Shown in pieces: positions 37,303 to 51,502 of a DNA stretch of 64,000 nucleotides. The notes below the pieces were generated by a model, which saw only the letters and a list, made by a program, of their open reading frames with translations, did not search any database and had not been told where the DNA came from. The translations under genes were made by a program, and so were the position numbers. The DNA is from Octopus sinensis (taxonomy: Eukaryota), in contig NC_043010.1 of assembly GCF_006345805.1 (NCBI RefSeq), forward strand, positions 59,086,001 to 59,150,000, read 5' to 3'. Position 1 is the first letter of the stretch. Every line of letters begins with the position of its first letter.

Positions 37303-38594
37303 GTAAATTACTATAACATCAATATTTTTGTTTAAATCACATCATATGTAGACATTTGCAGTTTATCACAAATCTTTCTTTTAGGTGTGATGTCCAGAGT
37401 GTAGGGCATAAGCAATCATATCCTGCCACAATTCTCTGTTTTTTGTGTTTTCGTAACAGTTCCACTTCCTAATGTTTCATGCGTCTTTTTTTTCCCTAAC
37501 CCAGGTGTCGGGGAACTTTCTTAACCAATTACTCCAAAGTATATTTATTTACACTGATATTAAACCCTTCATTCGAAAGGAAGACAATCATATAATCTTT
37601 AAATTCAAAAGGTTTATTGAACCCATTTATAAATATAAAAGATAAAAAACAAACACAATAAAATCAATTAATATCCTCATTAGGAAACGAGAAGCCTTTC
37701 CATTTCAAGTTTTGGATAAATGATGTTGTTTCATATTTGTTACATGCCGGAGCAATTTGGATACAGTCTTCAGAGTCCAATCAATTTTGTTAAAGGGTTC
37801 ATCATCATCATCATCTTGGTTAATGTCTGTCTTGGTTAATGGTAGCACAGGTGGGCTGGTTTCACAAGAGCTGGCCAGGCAGAAGCCTGCACCAGACTTC
37901 TGTAACTGTTTTGGTAGGATTTTTTACAGCTGGATGCCCTTCCTAACACCAACCCCTCAGTAGAGTGGACTTCGTGCTTTTTTACATGGCTGACTAACTA
38001 CTTAAATCTACTTAAACAATTCAAAAACGTGTCAAAAAATAAGGTTAAGGTGGGTAATAGACAGCTGCCAAATAATATGTTTAGTCACTAGACAATGCCT
38101 GAGCAACCAAATTGCCTGTAGTTCAAAATGGCATGACGTCTCCTGAACACGTCCATCACATTGGACAGATGCAGTGTTGCCAGAAGAAAAATTTCTGCCG
38201 TAACAAGGAACGTGTTTTATATATAATTTTAGTTATGTCTAATAAGTCCTTATCACCCACAAGAATTTCATTTTCACCCCACTTGGGGTAATTTACCCTG
38301 GTTTGACAACCCCGTTCTAACCATTTCATCATGCTTGACATCCATATCATCCTTCTCTTTGCTCTGCTTCTTTTCCCTTCATTGCTAAATTCCCCATGGC
38401 CCTCTTTCCTCTACCTAGTTTTTATCACAAATAATGTAATTGAATAAAAATTAAATTACTCCTCTCCTCATCTGTTGCTTTTGTGATAATATACTCCAGA
38501 CTCTTTGTATTTTATCATATTTCTTTATGTAACTAAATATTAATACAGGCAATTCTCTGATTTTGTAAAGTACTATTTTGTTTCTAAATTTCAG

Positions 38595-38671
38595 ATCAAA
38601 ATATATATAAAAACAATGATAATTCTACATCAAAAGATTCCAGTGAAGAAACACCAGTGAAACATGTATAA
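38595..38671 (+). CDS. Pcdh: P3 terminal exon (DQNIYKNNDNSTSKDSSEETPVKHV*), translated only if the upstream deletion is an error
   Basis: tttcag acceptor, frame intact, AATAAA at 38883. Confidence 0.7.
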
Positions 38672-39232
38672 TTATATATTTGAAGTGATGAGCATATTTT
38701 CCTCCAAGTAAACATGATATAAACTATTAAGTACACACAGGAATATGCACATATCCATATACACATTAATTATGTAGCAATATAAATTTATACAAGACAG
38801 TCTTATAATTAAGCAATGCATTCTAAGTAACCCTAGAGATGTTTAAATTAGTTAAGTTTTAAAAATATTTTTTATACATTACAATAAATAAATGCCTACA
38901 AAAATAAATAATTACTCTCCATAATACTTAAAATTTAATATTTGTTGTGGAGTATAATGATTGGGGACATTTTATAAGTTTTACTATGTTTAGTATCACC
39001 TTTGAAAGTTTTGTGTAATCCTACTAAAAATAGGGTAAAAATATTCAATGGAGATTTTTTTTATATCAGTGAAATGAAGCTTCTTTTCATTTCTAGAGTA
39101 ATATTAAAAATAAACTCTGTAACTAATACAGAACATGGCTTTAATAGTTTGGGGAAAGGTATGATTGCTTCATCAGCTTTTTTTTCTCCCTATAAATATA
39201 TGACATTTGCATCACAAATATTTAATGTCCTC

Positions 39233-39253
39233 ATTGGTCTTTCCTCATCCAAT
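39233..39253 (+). promoter_or_regulatory. Paired inverted CCAAT boxes (shorter spacer), putative P4 promoter
   Basis: ATTGG 39233-37 and CCAATCAG from 39249. Confidence 0.6.
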
Positions 39254-39463
39254 CAGATTCTTACTAAAACATAAAACAAAATCACTAACAAAGAGCAGGA
39301 TTCACATTATTGATGTTATTAAGCCAAAACATTATGGTCTGTTTAAACTATAGAATATTGTAGCTATATAAATCTCTCTCTCTGTATATATATATGCAAA
39401 CAATCACTGGAAGTAGTCAACAAACATTATCTTTAAGGATAAATACATACAGAATATTATCAG

Positions 39464-39667
39464 ATGGACGTACTCCCACAAAACATACAACTTCAGTGAC
39501 ACATGCAACCCTCTCCTAGCAGCAGACTCTCTGCCTGACGTGCTACACTACTCCATCACCATAACAGCCATTGTCACACCATTACAGCAGCACTTACAAT
39601 GGATCTTTCTACAACAATACATCTTTCTCTTTCTCACTGAATAACCAATGATATAATTACTAAAAAG
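39464..39667 (+). other. Conserved putative non-coding leader exon of P4
   Basis: 204 nt, GTAAGT donor at 39668. Confidence 0.65.
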
Positions 39668-41639
39668 GTAAGTCTCTATTTCATATTTTATAATCTCATT
39701 TGATATAATAAGTCTCATTGAATTTGTTAGATATTGTTCTCACATATTTAATATTAACAAAAAGAACAAAGAAATTGAACAATAATTCATGCGTGTTCTG
39801 CAGTAATGTTGTGTGTGTTGTTTTATTACACAAATAATTTGGTGATGTTGATTGAGATGTTTAATATTTAAATTTCTTCCAATAAAAATAATATTTTATG
39901 TCTATATAAGGTTTGTGACGCATATTAATCAGTAGCATTAGACAACAGCCAAAATGTTCCGGTGAGGCAGTGTTTGTATGTGTTTGGTGTTAGGAAGATA
40001 AAATGTTATTTCTATACTGTAGATGGTGTTTAACAGATATGTTAAAATATTTTGTGTAAAATATGAAATATACTATAATGTATTGAAATCTGGTCATAGT
40101 GTATAGATTGTTATCAGTAGTGGGAGATTTTAGTTTGAGAGAATGCCCGTCATCTCACGATTCACATCTGTCAGGAAGTGAATATTAATGGTGGAATATT
40201 GAGGAAGACAGTGAGAAAGACCAACTCCTTTTGGAGGTGCCAGAATATAAACAATATCATTTATTTTGTGTATGTATTTGAGTGTAAGCCATTGTAAAAT
40301 GTAATTCAGTACGTTGTTTAACATAATTTCTTTCTATTTTTCAGTATTTTCAATATTTGACAATATTTCTTTTTGTGAATTTTTCTTTGAATTTCACTGC
40401 TTATTTTTTAAACTGAATATTTTGTTTATTTTTGAACTGAATTATCAAATTAGTTTTTAACAAATATAATATATAAAAGCTACATTGAAAACCATAAATC
40501 TATGTCTTTCACTTTGTATATTTATATGTTTTGTAATGTCTTATGCCTCTATGTTATTGCTTCATTTCTTTCATTATTGATCCCTGGGCTTCAAAGTCTG
40601 CCAGCTGCTCTTCACCACCACTTGAACCCAAATGTTACACTTGCTTTTGTTTCTTCCCAACGTTTTCAAACTCCCCCTTTTCCCTTATTCCTTCTCTCCT
40701 TCTAATTTGAGACTTTGCTATATTAAACATACAATGCACTCTTAATCTAAGTCACAGTGGTGCTGCAAAGGTTTCTACAGAGACACTTGAGTTCTGGAAG
40801 TGCTGTGTGTTCCAATCACATGTAACACTAAACAAAATTTTCCACACATCTCACCCCATTAAGCTTAACTGCATCTTCCCTTCTCCTCTTCCTCACATCT
40901 TTTCCCCATGCTCTGTGTTTATCTCTCCCACCTCTCTACCTTGCCCACTGTATCATTGCTTTGTTATCCACCCCCCCCTTCTTTATATCCAGGTTTCACC
41001 AGTCACTGTATTCTCTTCCTTCCATCTTCTTTACATTCATGTGAATTCCTTATTTGTGCATCTTTATCAATGCCCTACCATCCAATCTTTATTCTCATTC
41101 CTGTACCTTGAGAGCATATCCTGGCATATCGCCTCCATCTCTCTCACACTTTAATAGGTTTCCACCTATTAAAAAAACATGCAAAAATCGACCTTGCCAA
41201 TGCTGATGCCATATGGGAAGCTCCCAATCCCATCTGTAAAGTGATTAGCATTAGGAAGGACATCCAACTGTAAAAAACCTGCCAGAACTGACAGTGGAGC
41301 AGTCCTCTGCTTTGCCAGTTCCTGTCCAACCACCCAACCCATGCCAGCATGGAAGATGGACGTTAGATAATAATGATGATGAGAATGTTTATGATGGTGA
41401 TGAGACTCAATAACATTTAAAGAATGCTTAGTGTTTCCTCATATTCAGTAATTTCTTCCTTGAAATAATTCTGGAACTGTTTTTAAGTGAGCAATTGTCA
41501 TTTGAAAATTACTTCTGCATAAATTTATAAAAGCATGTATGAATGGCTGAGTCAATAGGGTATCATTTAATCAACTAAAGATAAATTCTTCATATGATTT
41601 GGAACAACTAGTTTTCCTTTTAATGCACAAACTAAGCTT

Positions 41640-42036
41640 TATCTCTATACATATAAAGCTGAAGTTATCTGTGTATGGCAGGTTTGGTAGCCTTCAACTA
41701 ACACTATCTCCTCCGAAACCCTGTGGCGCAAGTTGACCAAAATTGAGAGTATGATAGAAGAAGGTTTGCTCTTCCTTCTGTAGAAGAAAAAATTCAAATT
41801 GGACCATGTTAACACCAAAAATTATTTACATCAAAAAGGTGCTTTTTTTTCTATGAAAATCCCTATTTTTTTACGATTTTTTGACCGCTGTGTCGCCATT
41901 TTTCCGTGTATTTCAACCAGAAAAATGTTCACCTAATGAGAATAACAAGCTACATAATGCAAAATTTTTACTTTTCAAAAATTCCAATTCTAAAGAGTCG
42001 AAACAAACCCTAGCAACGCCGGGCGATACTGCTAGT
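41640..42036 (-). mobile_element. Non-autonomous Helitron-like element
   Basis: Ends gcaacgccgggcgatactgctagt, the reverse complement of the 11183 terminus. Confidence 0.6.
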
Positions 42037-42345
42037 TTTAAAAAAAAATTTCTTCCAAGTGCTGCTGCTGCTGTATGTCCTTGCAAGGGGCGTAACTCAA
42101 GCAATACAGAAGCTTCGAATTTAGTTTAAAGACTTTTAGATAATTTATGGTGCAAATAAAACCATGTGGAATTCACATGAATATAATGTTTTGGCTTAGA
42201 ATTAAATGTAACATACACCTTGCATGAATTTGAAAGGGAAGTGAAACGTTTGAAATAAGCATCATTATAATTATTCAGACAGAATAAATACGGTGTGCCA
42301 CATTCAAGGTGGAATAGATATTTATTAATGCTAGACGTTAATAGT

Positions 42346-42676
42346 GGGAAGCACTCCGTCGGTTACGACGATGAGGGTTCCGGTTGATCCGATCAACGGA
42401 ACAGCCTGCTCGTGAAATTAACGTGTAAGTGGCTGAGCACTCCACAGACACGTGTACCCTTAACGTAGTTCTCGGGGATATTCAGCGTGACACAGAGAGT
42501 GACAAGGCCGGCCCTTTGAAATACAGGTACAACAGAAACAGGAAGTAAGAGTGAGAGAAAGTTGTGGTGAAAGAGTACAGCAGGGATCACCACCATCCCC
42601 TGCCGGAGCCTCGTGAAGCTTTTAGGTGTTTTCGCTCAATAAACACTCACAACGCCCGGTCTGGGAATCGAAACCG
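42346..42676 (-). mobile_element. 5'-truncated SINE-like insertion with 10-bp target-site duplication
   Basis: CGTTAATAGT at 42336-42345 and 42677-42686 flanks a GC-richer insert whose right end resembles a B box (ggtttcgattccc on the minus strand). Confidence 0.7.
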
Positions 42677-43094
42677 CGTTAATAGTATGTGAATATCTGT
42701 TCAGTTGCGTACTGGTGTCAAGTCTAATCGACTGAACCCCCTCCCCGCAAAATTTTGAGCCTCGTGTCTAGAGTAGGAAAGAGACTAAATTATAAGCAGA
42801 TAATGATTTGAAATTTGATACGATTATTATTATTTTGTCTTCTTGTTGTTCCTTTGAAACAATCAGGAAGTGAAGTAAATCAGCAGAGAGGGCAGGAATG
42901 GCTTCAGACATTGTCATTTTGTTAAAAATCGATGAGGGGAACCTTTGTGGTGGTGGAGATTCAATAGAGCTCAATGTAAATATATAAATACATTTAACGC
43001 ATTAAATATCCGTAGGAATCATTAGATTACAACGTCCTTTCCATTGCCCCCAATATTCTACTGAACTATTTCCTACCTCCACTGGACTCTCTTA

Positions 43095-43300
43095 CCCTCC
43101 CCCTCTATCCCTCTCTCTCTCTCTCCCTCCCACCCTCTCTCCCCTCGCTCCCTCTCTCTCTCCCTCTCTCTCTCTCCCTCTCTCTCTCCCTCCCTCTCTC
43201 TCTCCCCCCTCTCTCTCCCTCCCTCTCTCTCTCCTCCCTCTCTCTCCCTCCCTCTCTCTCTCCCTCCCCCTCTCTCTCTCCCCCCTCTCTCCATCTCTCT
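43095..43300. repeat. Long (CT/CCCT)n polypyrimidine tract
   Basis: Directly visible. Confidence 0.95.
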
Positions 43301-45485
43301 TCTTTTGATCATCGGTCGTGTTATTCTTTGCTCTGCGCTGAAAGATTGTTTTTGTGCTGAAAATTGTGAAAATTTACTGTTTTGGTCGTCGAAACCACTT
43401 CTTTTCTGCTGTTGCAGCAGAGTTTTTCCCGTTCTTTCCCCCTTGAAGCGGCAAAAAAACATGAATTTGCCACCAATTTCTTCCGAGTCGGAGAAAAACT
43501 TTGAAAATTTGTTTGAAGGCGATGAAGGCGAAAATGTGGGAGGAGGAAGGTGAAAGTATAGAGGCGTCTCGCGCGCGCGTTACAAAAGCAGACGACAAGA
43601 TGTCGAGCGAGGCTACGACACAAGAGGAAAAGTCAAAAATACATTTTGTGAGTGCAGCAACTCGCCCCTGCGAAAATATAGTTATTAACAAGGAAGAATT
43701 AAAGAAATACCAAGGTTTACTAAAGAAAGAAGGTGATAATTTGAAGTTGCTCCCTCCCAGTGAATTAATTTACGCGACGGAGAGAAAAACTGTGATATAC
43801 AAAACATATAATGTGAAAAATAGGAAAATTGACTTCGTGCCGAGGGAAGCCATAGGAAAATTCTTGAGGCCGATATGGCAACAAACAAGTTATATAACAA
43901 GGGGTTGTCGCTTCGGCACTGTAGAGGTGCGTTACCCTAGCGAAGAAAAAGCTAGGGAACATCCAACAAGGACATTGAAGTCTGAAGAAGTGGTTCTCCT
44001 GCCGACTTCAAAAATCACAGTCGCGGATATACCACCCGGAATAGATGTGGCCTGGGTGATAGCCGCTATTCTCATAGCAAAGAAGAAGAAATTTCAATTC
44101 TTTAATCTAAGAGATACCACCACATGAACTGGTTTGGACAAGATTTAGAGCTTGTCATCCAAGCAAATCCCTCAGACTTAGAAAAATTGCCCAGTTCCCT
44201 TACATAAGGTCGAGCTGTAAGAAGAAGACAGCCAAAGAAAACGCAGCAGAAGAGGCAAGGACGCCGCCGAAGACAACGACCACACCACTAGAAATAGCAG
44301 CCACGTCGCGCACCCCAATTGCCGAAGTACAGCCGACAGCGGGAGAAAACAACAACAACATCCAGGAGTGGGTCAACGTGGAACCTTCAAAAAGAAGACG
44401 GAAACGGAAAAACCCACCCTCTTCGGATACACAGGACTATGCTCCGAGACAGACAAGCACACCCACACCCACACATACAGTCACAAACACACACGTAGCC
44501 AAAAAAACACACACACTGGAAAAAGCACACACAAACACACACACACACACCTACAAACACCCATGCTTTTACAAGCACACACACACACACCCCTCCACAA
44601 TCGCCTAATATAAAAAAGAGAAACACCTTCACGGCGATAAACAAAATAATAAACTATTAAGAGACAAAATTGTTTCAATGAAATTGGCGAAAAAATATAT
44701 CGCAATAGATGTAAATAATACTATTCTTGAAAATGTCGAATTTTATACCAAAGACAACTATTTTGAACTAAAAAAATCTTTTGTGGAGGATGTCGGCCTG
44801 TTACAGATGAACTTTTCAAGCCATCTGTCCAGGCAATTCGCGAAAAAAATGACTTCGCAAACCACAACACTCACAGACAGAAAAGAGGAGGGTGAAACTA
44901 CACCCTCTCTCCCATTAAAACAGTAAGTTTTAAACATTCGACTTATTTTTCACATTCTCATTTAAACTCGGTTGTTTAAATATTTGCGGCCTGGGGTCGT
45001 ATTGGAAGCAAGGCTACCTCCTTAACAACCTTGGGTCGCATCGTTTGGATGTAGTTGTAATTACCGAATCCAGACTGAGTGGGCTGCAGGCTTTTTCGCC
45101 CCTTCTAAACGGCTACGAGAAATACGTTTCTCCCTGTCGACCAGGAGTGGCAGTGCTGGTCAGAAAAAACCTGGATTTAGAGATTAGAACTGTCTTTATA
45201 GATCCAGAAGGCAGGTTGGTCGTTTTGGATGTGACGCACAGCAGTGGTAAAGTGTTCAGGCTGGTTGCTGTCTGTGCTCCCTGCAAAGGAAAAGATTACT
45301 TCAAACAGTGAAAGGAATTGCAACAGGCGTGTTTATCTCCACTCTCGAGCTAATCGACTTTTTCGTTTTCCACATGAAACGGAAAATAAGGCTGGAGAAG
45401 AAATGCCTGTCGCAAAGTGTGTTTCGTAAAAGATGGAAGTATGTTGCGAGTGAAAAAACCTCTTTAATCGAGAATGTAAAAAAGG
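43292..45485 (+). mobile_element. L1/Tx1-like LINE: decayed ORF1 and start of ORF2 endonuclease, internally deleted
   Basis: From 44961: FKLGCLNICGLG...LDVVVITESRL...GVAVLV...DPEGRLVVLDV...FRLVAVCAP, an L1/Tx1-type APE N-terminus. ORF1-like 43501-44127. No RT domain follows. Boundaries are approximate. Confidence 0.7.
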
Positions 45486-46227
45486 AGAAGCAAAGTCTTC
45501 AGTGTGAGTATGTGGTTTGTGGGGTCAACCGCGTCCTCCGCTTCATTTTTTGTTAATCACTCATTCTCATTTAATTGTTTGTTTATTCATATGTTTCGTC
45601 TCATTCAATACCCTGACCCCAACGTTTGTTTTGTCTGTCCCCGTATTGTCCCCTCTTTTTCTCAACCTTATGGTGAATAAAGAAATTCTCCCCCCCCCTT
45701 CTCTCTTCCCTCCTCCTCTCTCTCTTAAGATTTCTTGCAATCTTTGGAAATGCGCTGCAGTATATCTTATTCTGTAGAAAGGCTACTGCTGACTCTTATC
45801 ATTCCTACTTCCAACATCTCAAAGGTAATGGAGATAGTTCTTCACAGTTTTCATAAAGCTACATTTCCTGGGCACCTACTCTTTGATGTTCAAACTCTAG
45901 TGGACACTAACCTTTGAGAAACTCAGTGAAAAACCTTACTGTTGCACCTGACATTAATATATTTAATTGTGCCTGAAATGCAAATCTCCAATCAAAACAT
46001 CCTGCCAACTGGTTCCATTTATCCATTGGACCGGAGACTTCTTATCAGATTTCACCATTGGTGTGTATTAATGGGACTCTCTCTGACCACCTGTCTATCA
46101 ACACTGGTATGCCTGAAGGTTTGGTTTTGTGTCTCCCTAGACATCAACAGCCTACATGTCATCACCTCCAACTCTTTTGTCCATTCTTTTGCAGCTGATA
46201 CTTCCTTTCATTTTTCTATTACCTTCC

Positions 46228-46650
46228 ACACTGAGGCAATGACTAGTGACCAAGACCTTTGGAAGTATGCTGTGCATGAGAAGACCCGGCAGGACAAGTG
46301 AAACCATAACCCGTGGCCTCTACTTGAGATGTAGCCAGTCCACTTATGCATACCTTTCCCTCTTGGGACACAAAACTCTGCTTGCAAAAACCTGTTGAGG
46401 CAAGTGAAATCAAAATCAAAATCAATAAAAAATCAATGGAAATTGTAGTTGTGATACCAGTGCCGGTGGCATGTAAAAAGCACCCACTACACTCACGGAG
46501 TGGTTGGCATTAGGAAGGGCATCAAGCTGTAGAAACACTGCCAGATCAGACTGGGCCTGGTGCATCCTCCTGGCTTCCCAGACCTCGGTCAAACCGTTCA
46601 ACCCATGCTAGCATGGAAAGTGGACATTAAACGATGATGATGATGATGAT
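46228..46650 (+). mobile_element. RTE-type LINE 3' end with (GAT)n tail
   Basis: TEAMTSDQDLWKYAVHEKTRQDK* followed by the family 3' UTR. Confidence 0.75.
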
Positions 46651-46779
46651 CTCCACATGCAACCCACAAACCTTTTGCCAGCCCTGTATTGGCTCCATGA
46701 AGAGACATTGAAAGCATTCTCCAGTCTTCTCTCCTTTAACTACTCTATAAATATCATTATCTACAGCCACTGGTTGTGA

Positions 46780-47040
46780 CTATGACCGTTCATGGCTTTG
46801 GCCTGACTTGATAAGCTTTTTCCATATTGGTTGGTTTATCGCTTGAGTTTGTCATTTATTATGATGAATTCCTTTCCACTTAATATTCCTTTTTTGCAGT
46901 GTCTTTGAATCTCAGTCGAGGTCTTCCATTCTTTTCCCTTGCATAGTTAGGAGTAAAGGATTTGTATGGGGAGTCTGTTGTTGTCCATCCTGTGTACACG
47001 ACCCAACCAATGTAAATTTCTGTCAGTGAGGAATCAGACC
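46780..47040 (-). mobile_element. Old RTE-like RT C-terminal fragment
   Basis: Minus strand reads LHWLGRVHRMDNNRLPIQILYS*LCKGK. Confidence 0.6.
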
Positions 47041-48287
47041 AGCACATCATAGGATCCCTTCATAATTTGTCATTGCTGTCTCATCATATATGTATGTAAC
47101 TTGTCGACATGAGCTTTATGGACTGTCCAGGGTTCAGCTCCATACTGCAGGGAAGAAAGCAAATAAATATCAAGGAAACAGTATCATATCCCACCTCTTA
47201 AACGTGAACAAGATGCAACTAGAACCCCAACATTCCTTATAAATGCTTCAGTGTATTCACTTGTAATGAGAACCAACAGAGGGCAGTGCAGCTCTCTTTA
47301 TCTCAGGTTGTCAACTTCTAGATGTTCCTCCAGCTAAAGGGTGGAGGTGTCAAGAGGGTGTCTGCTTGTGACTACTTAAATGCCTAAAATGATGGGTGAT
47401 GGCATGGTACATGTTATCCAACCACACTCACTTGCAATTGTGACAGATGGCCATACTTTGTACATCTTCAACATGGCAAAGACTGCCTCGCATAAACTGG
47501 CCGTTTTCTTCAGAAACAGAAAATACTTCAGACCTCTTACAAATTCTAACCCTCTTCAAAGTTGATGTCAGATTTACTGTAGAATCTACTTAGGCTCTGC
47601 TGCTACATGTACAGACATCCTAGCAAGCATCCAAAAAACAAAAACAAAAAAAAACCCCACCTGGCTCATTGGCAAGAAGCCAGTTACTGACCCACCTATA
47701 TACTATTTCTTTACTCAATTTTGTCTTTCATTACAGTGGACCCTCTTTCTTGAGAATAGCTGGTCACATGTCATGTCTTCCACAAACTCCCAACTCACTT
47801 GTCTCTCCTCTTCTAATTATCCACATTGTACCCAGCACTACACAAGCACCGCACTTATCACAATTGCCATTCATTTCTCCTTTGAGTAACAACCTGGAAT
47901 TCTTTTTGTGCCCTTGTATTTCCTACAGCCATCAACTTTAAAATATTGAAGAGAAACATTAACTGCATCCATTCGCCCCAACCCCATTTTGTGTAATTTA
48001 TACAATTAGTGGATCTGTACAATGCAACAGAACATATGGACTAATTCTATAACAACAGCAAAAAAGTCTGATAGAGAATATTAAATATAGAAAGAAATTT
48101 ATTCATTGCTCTTACAGATCAAAAATAATTCTAAATACTTAATTTTCATGGACCAAAACATTATGGTGAAAGATATTTTCCCACCATTACACTACATCAT
48201 CTTGGATCTTGTCCTCATTCATTAAAGGATGTCTTTCACATCAGATACTAATGATGACTCTACATCTGCCAATTTGATAAATCAACT

Positions 48288-48545
48288 ATTCTACTCTTTT
48301 ACTTGTTTCAGTCACTTGACTGCGGCCATGCTGGAGCACCGTCTTTAGTTGAACAAATCTACGCCAGGACATTTTCTTTGTAAGCCTAGTACTTATTCTA
48401 TCGGTCTCTTTCGCCACTAAATTACAGGGGATGTAAACACACCTACATCGGTTGTCAAGCAATGATGGGGGGACACACACACAGTATATATACAACCGGT
48501 TTCTTTTAGTTGCCGTCTACTAAATTCACTCACAACCATGTGGTT
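48288..48545 (-). mobile_element. tRNA-derived SINE, partial
   Basis: Matches 10481-10750. Confidence 0.7.
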
Positions 48546-48801
48546 AGCGCCTCTTTTCTCAATTTCCTCACTTAAACATTTCTATATAGAATACAAAAAG
48601 AAAAAAGGCTTAGTTCCAAGTTCTCTATTATGATAATTGTTCCTATATATTTTCATAAGATAATCTTAATCTTTGGAGACAATATACTTATGTACATTTT
48701 GTGTGTTGAAATCAAACAATAATAACTAATGTATTTTTGTTTTAGGTTAATTCTTCAACAAATCAGAACATTTTTAACCAGTTCCAACACTCAACAGCAA
48801 C

Positions 48802-51177
48802 ATGTTACTGTCGTTGTCTATTGTATTGTCAGTGGTCCACTGTGTCCTGACCATAGACCTTACCTACCATGTGGAAGAAGAGAGAAGTCCAGGAACATAT
48901 GTAGCAGACATTGCTGCCGATTCTAAACTTTTAGACAATGTTAAACCATCTGACCAACATTTGATAACATTCAGTCAATTCAAACGAAAGGTGGCACAGT
49001 TATTTAACATCACCAAAACAGGTAAACTGTACACTGCTCAGACACTGGATGCAGAAGATCTCTGCACATTCAACAAAGAATGTTCTAGAACTATGAAAGT
49101 TGTTGTCAATAAAGGAAGAAGTATTACAAAGATATTAAAAATCAAAATTGTAATAGAAGATATCAATGACCATGAACCTAAGTTTCCAAAAACTATAGTG
49201 TATATAGAATTTGGAGAAAATGATCGTAAAGGTTCTAAAGTATCACTACCGAATGCCATAGACAAAGATGTTGGATTTCAAAATTCATTAATTCAATATA
49301 AATTAAAATCAAAGAATGGAGAACCATTCTCTCTGTCAGTGTCTAAAAGAGCTGATGGAATTTCTTCTCTTAAAATAGTCTTAAAAGAATCATTGGACAG
49401 AGAAATCAAAGATACATATTTATTACAGGTCATAGCTAAAGATGGAGGGTCACCAGCAAAACAAGGTATTTTAAATATAAATATCTCAATAATAGATTTG
49501 AACGACAACCCACCTGTATTTTCTAAACCTTTATATAATATATCCTTACAAAGTACACATCATAAATCCAAACCCATCATTGTTTTATCTGTGACAGATG
49601 CTGATTCTGGGGAAAATGGTAAAATTACTTTCCATTTCAGTCCAAAGACATCAGATATAGCAAAAAGCTATTTTCAATTAAATGAAACCAGTGGAGGCAT
49701 TTTGTTAAGTAAATATTCAAGTTTGGGGAAAAAGAAAACCTACGAATTGTTTATAGAAGCCAGAGATGGGGGCAGCCCTCCCCTCAGTTCTATAGCTACA
49801 GTCCTCGTAAATGTTATCAATCAACACAATAATCCTCCATCTATTGATATTGATTATGTTTCTTCAGTCAATGACAACACAGCTACCATTTCTGAAGATA
49901 CCAGAGTTGGTAGTTTCATTGCTTATGTGATGGTCACTGACAATGATGTGGGACAAAATGGAGAGGTCAGCTGTGATATCAAACATGATACGTTCAAACT
50001 ACAGTCAATGGGATCTAAAGAATATAAAATCATTCTAAACAAACCAGTGGACAGAGAAACACAAGGACACTATAACATTCCTGTCTCCTGTCAAGATAAA
50101 GGATTACCTCCTCTTAAAAGTGTTAAAAGCCTCTCTATCCAAGTGACTGACATCAACGATGTACAACCACAGTTTACCAAAGATACATTCCAATTCCTCA
50201 CCTACGAAAACAAAGATAAAGACTTCCCTATTGGTTTTGTCAATGCCACTGACCCTGATCTTGGATCTGCTGGACAACTCACATATTCTCTGCTGCGTAA
50301 AGAAAAATCCAATCTCCCATTTCTCATCACCAGTTATGGCTTCATTTCAGCGACCATGTCATTGGACAGAGAGAAACAAGATGTGTATAAGTTTGAGGTT
50401 TTTGTCAAAGACAATGGAAGCCCATCTCTGAATGACACAGCGAATGTTGTTGTTGAGATTCTAGATCAAAATGACAATGCTCCGTATTTTACATATCCTA
50501 GTAGTGACCCTTACACGCTAAATGTGCAGTACCATCCGCAGAGTAAGAGTGACATCACAGTTTTGAGAGCGTCTGATGGGGACAGTGGAAACAATGCTTT
50601 CCTCAGATATGCAATCATACAAGGAAATGATAAACAGTTGTTTAGTATGAACTCACACAGTGGTGCTTTATCCTTCTCCAGACAAGTTTATCTAAATGAT
50701 GCTGGAAGTTATGAGCTGGTGTTTGTTGTGAAGGACAGTGGTAGTCCAGTTCAGTCGTCAACAACTAGTGTCACTTTGGTGTTGGCTGTTAGTAACGAGA
50801 CATCACCAATGTCGAAGAGTGGACCTTTACAATCTTCAGGTCGGGTCCATATGACATGGGTTATTATCATTGTATCATCAGCAGTAATAATATCAGTGGC
50901 TATTGTTGTTTCTATAACGCTGTGTATTATGAAATGTATTAAACACAGAGATAACACAGCTGCTGCCACAAAGAATACAGCCTACCAAGGTAGAGCAGAG
51001 ATGAAACAATTGTTGTACCAGACTAACACTTCTGTTGCTATGTCGAGGAATGCAGAAGAGATGGTGAAGCGGAATATCTATTCTGAGAGATCCAAGAGTG
51101 AATGTTATGCAGAAGGTCAGCTACAGAACAAATATGAATCTTCAGTTCAGTCGAGAACTTTACCAAAACCTACCCCA
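48802..51177 (+). CDS. Pcdh: Protocadherin P4, large coding exon
   Basis: 806-aa ORF 48802-51222. Acceptor at 48744-45, donor at 51178. Confidence 0.95.
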
Positions 51178-51348
51178 GTAAGTGGAAACATTACATTTTC
51201 TCTCTGTAAAAGTGAACAATGAAATCTCTTTGAATATGTTTTAACTTCAATAATACATTCCAATATTAAATTGTTCTCTATCCATGTTGATTGTAACTTC
51301 CATTGTTTGGTGTCTTCTCACATTTCTTTATCGTTTGTTTGTCAACAG

Positions 51349-51502
51349 AAATACTGTCAACCTGTTGTGGTGACATCAAGTGATGATGCTGTGGAAGATA
51401 ATGCTACTATGGTTTGTAACTATACATCAGATACAATGTCATCCAAGAGAAGTGGTAGACAAGGAGACTTGAAACATTATGAAGAAATACCAGGAGTATC
51501 AG
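51349..51502 (+). CDS. Pcdh: P4 cytoplasmic exon
   Basis: AG/GT bounded, 154 nt. Confidence 0.85.

Noticed and set aside
39497-39640. Three in-frame TGA codons in the leader as selenocysteine or A-to-I recoded stops
   Set aside because: No SECIS or editing evidence is visible, and the 2-nt deletion in the P3 copy breaks this frame.
39464-39667. 204-nt conserved block as a further coding exon of the upstream gene
   Set aside because: The upstream CDS already ends at PVKHV*, the compatible frame stops after 11 codons, one copy has a 2-nt indel, and there is no polypyrimidine tract. A 3' UTR-exon role is not fully excluded.
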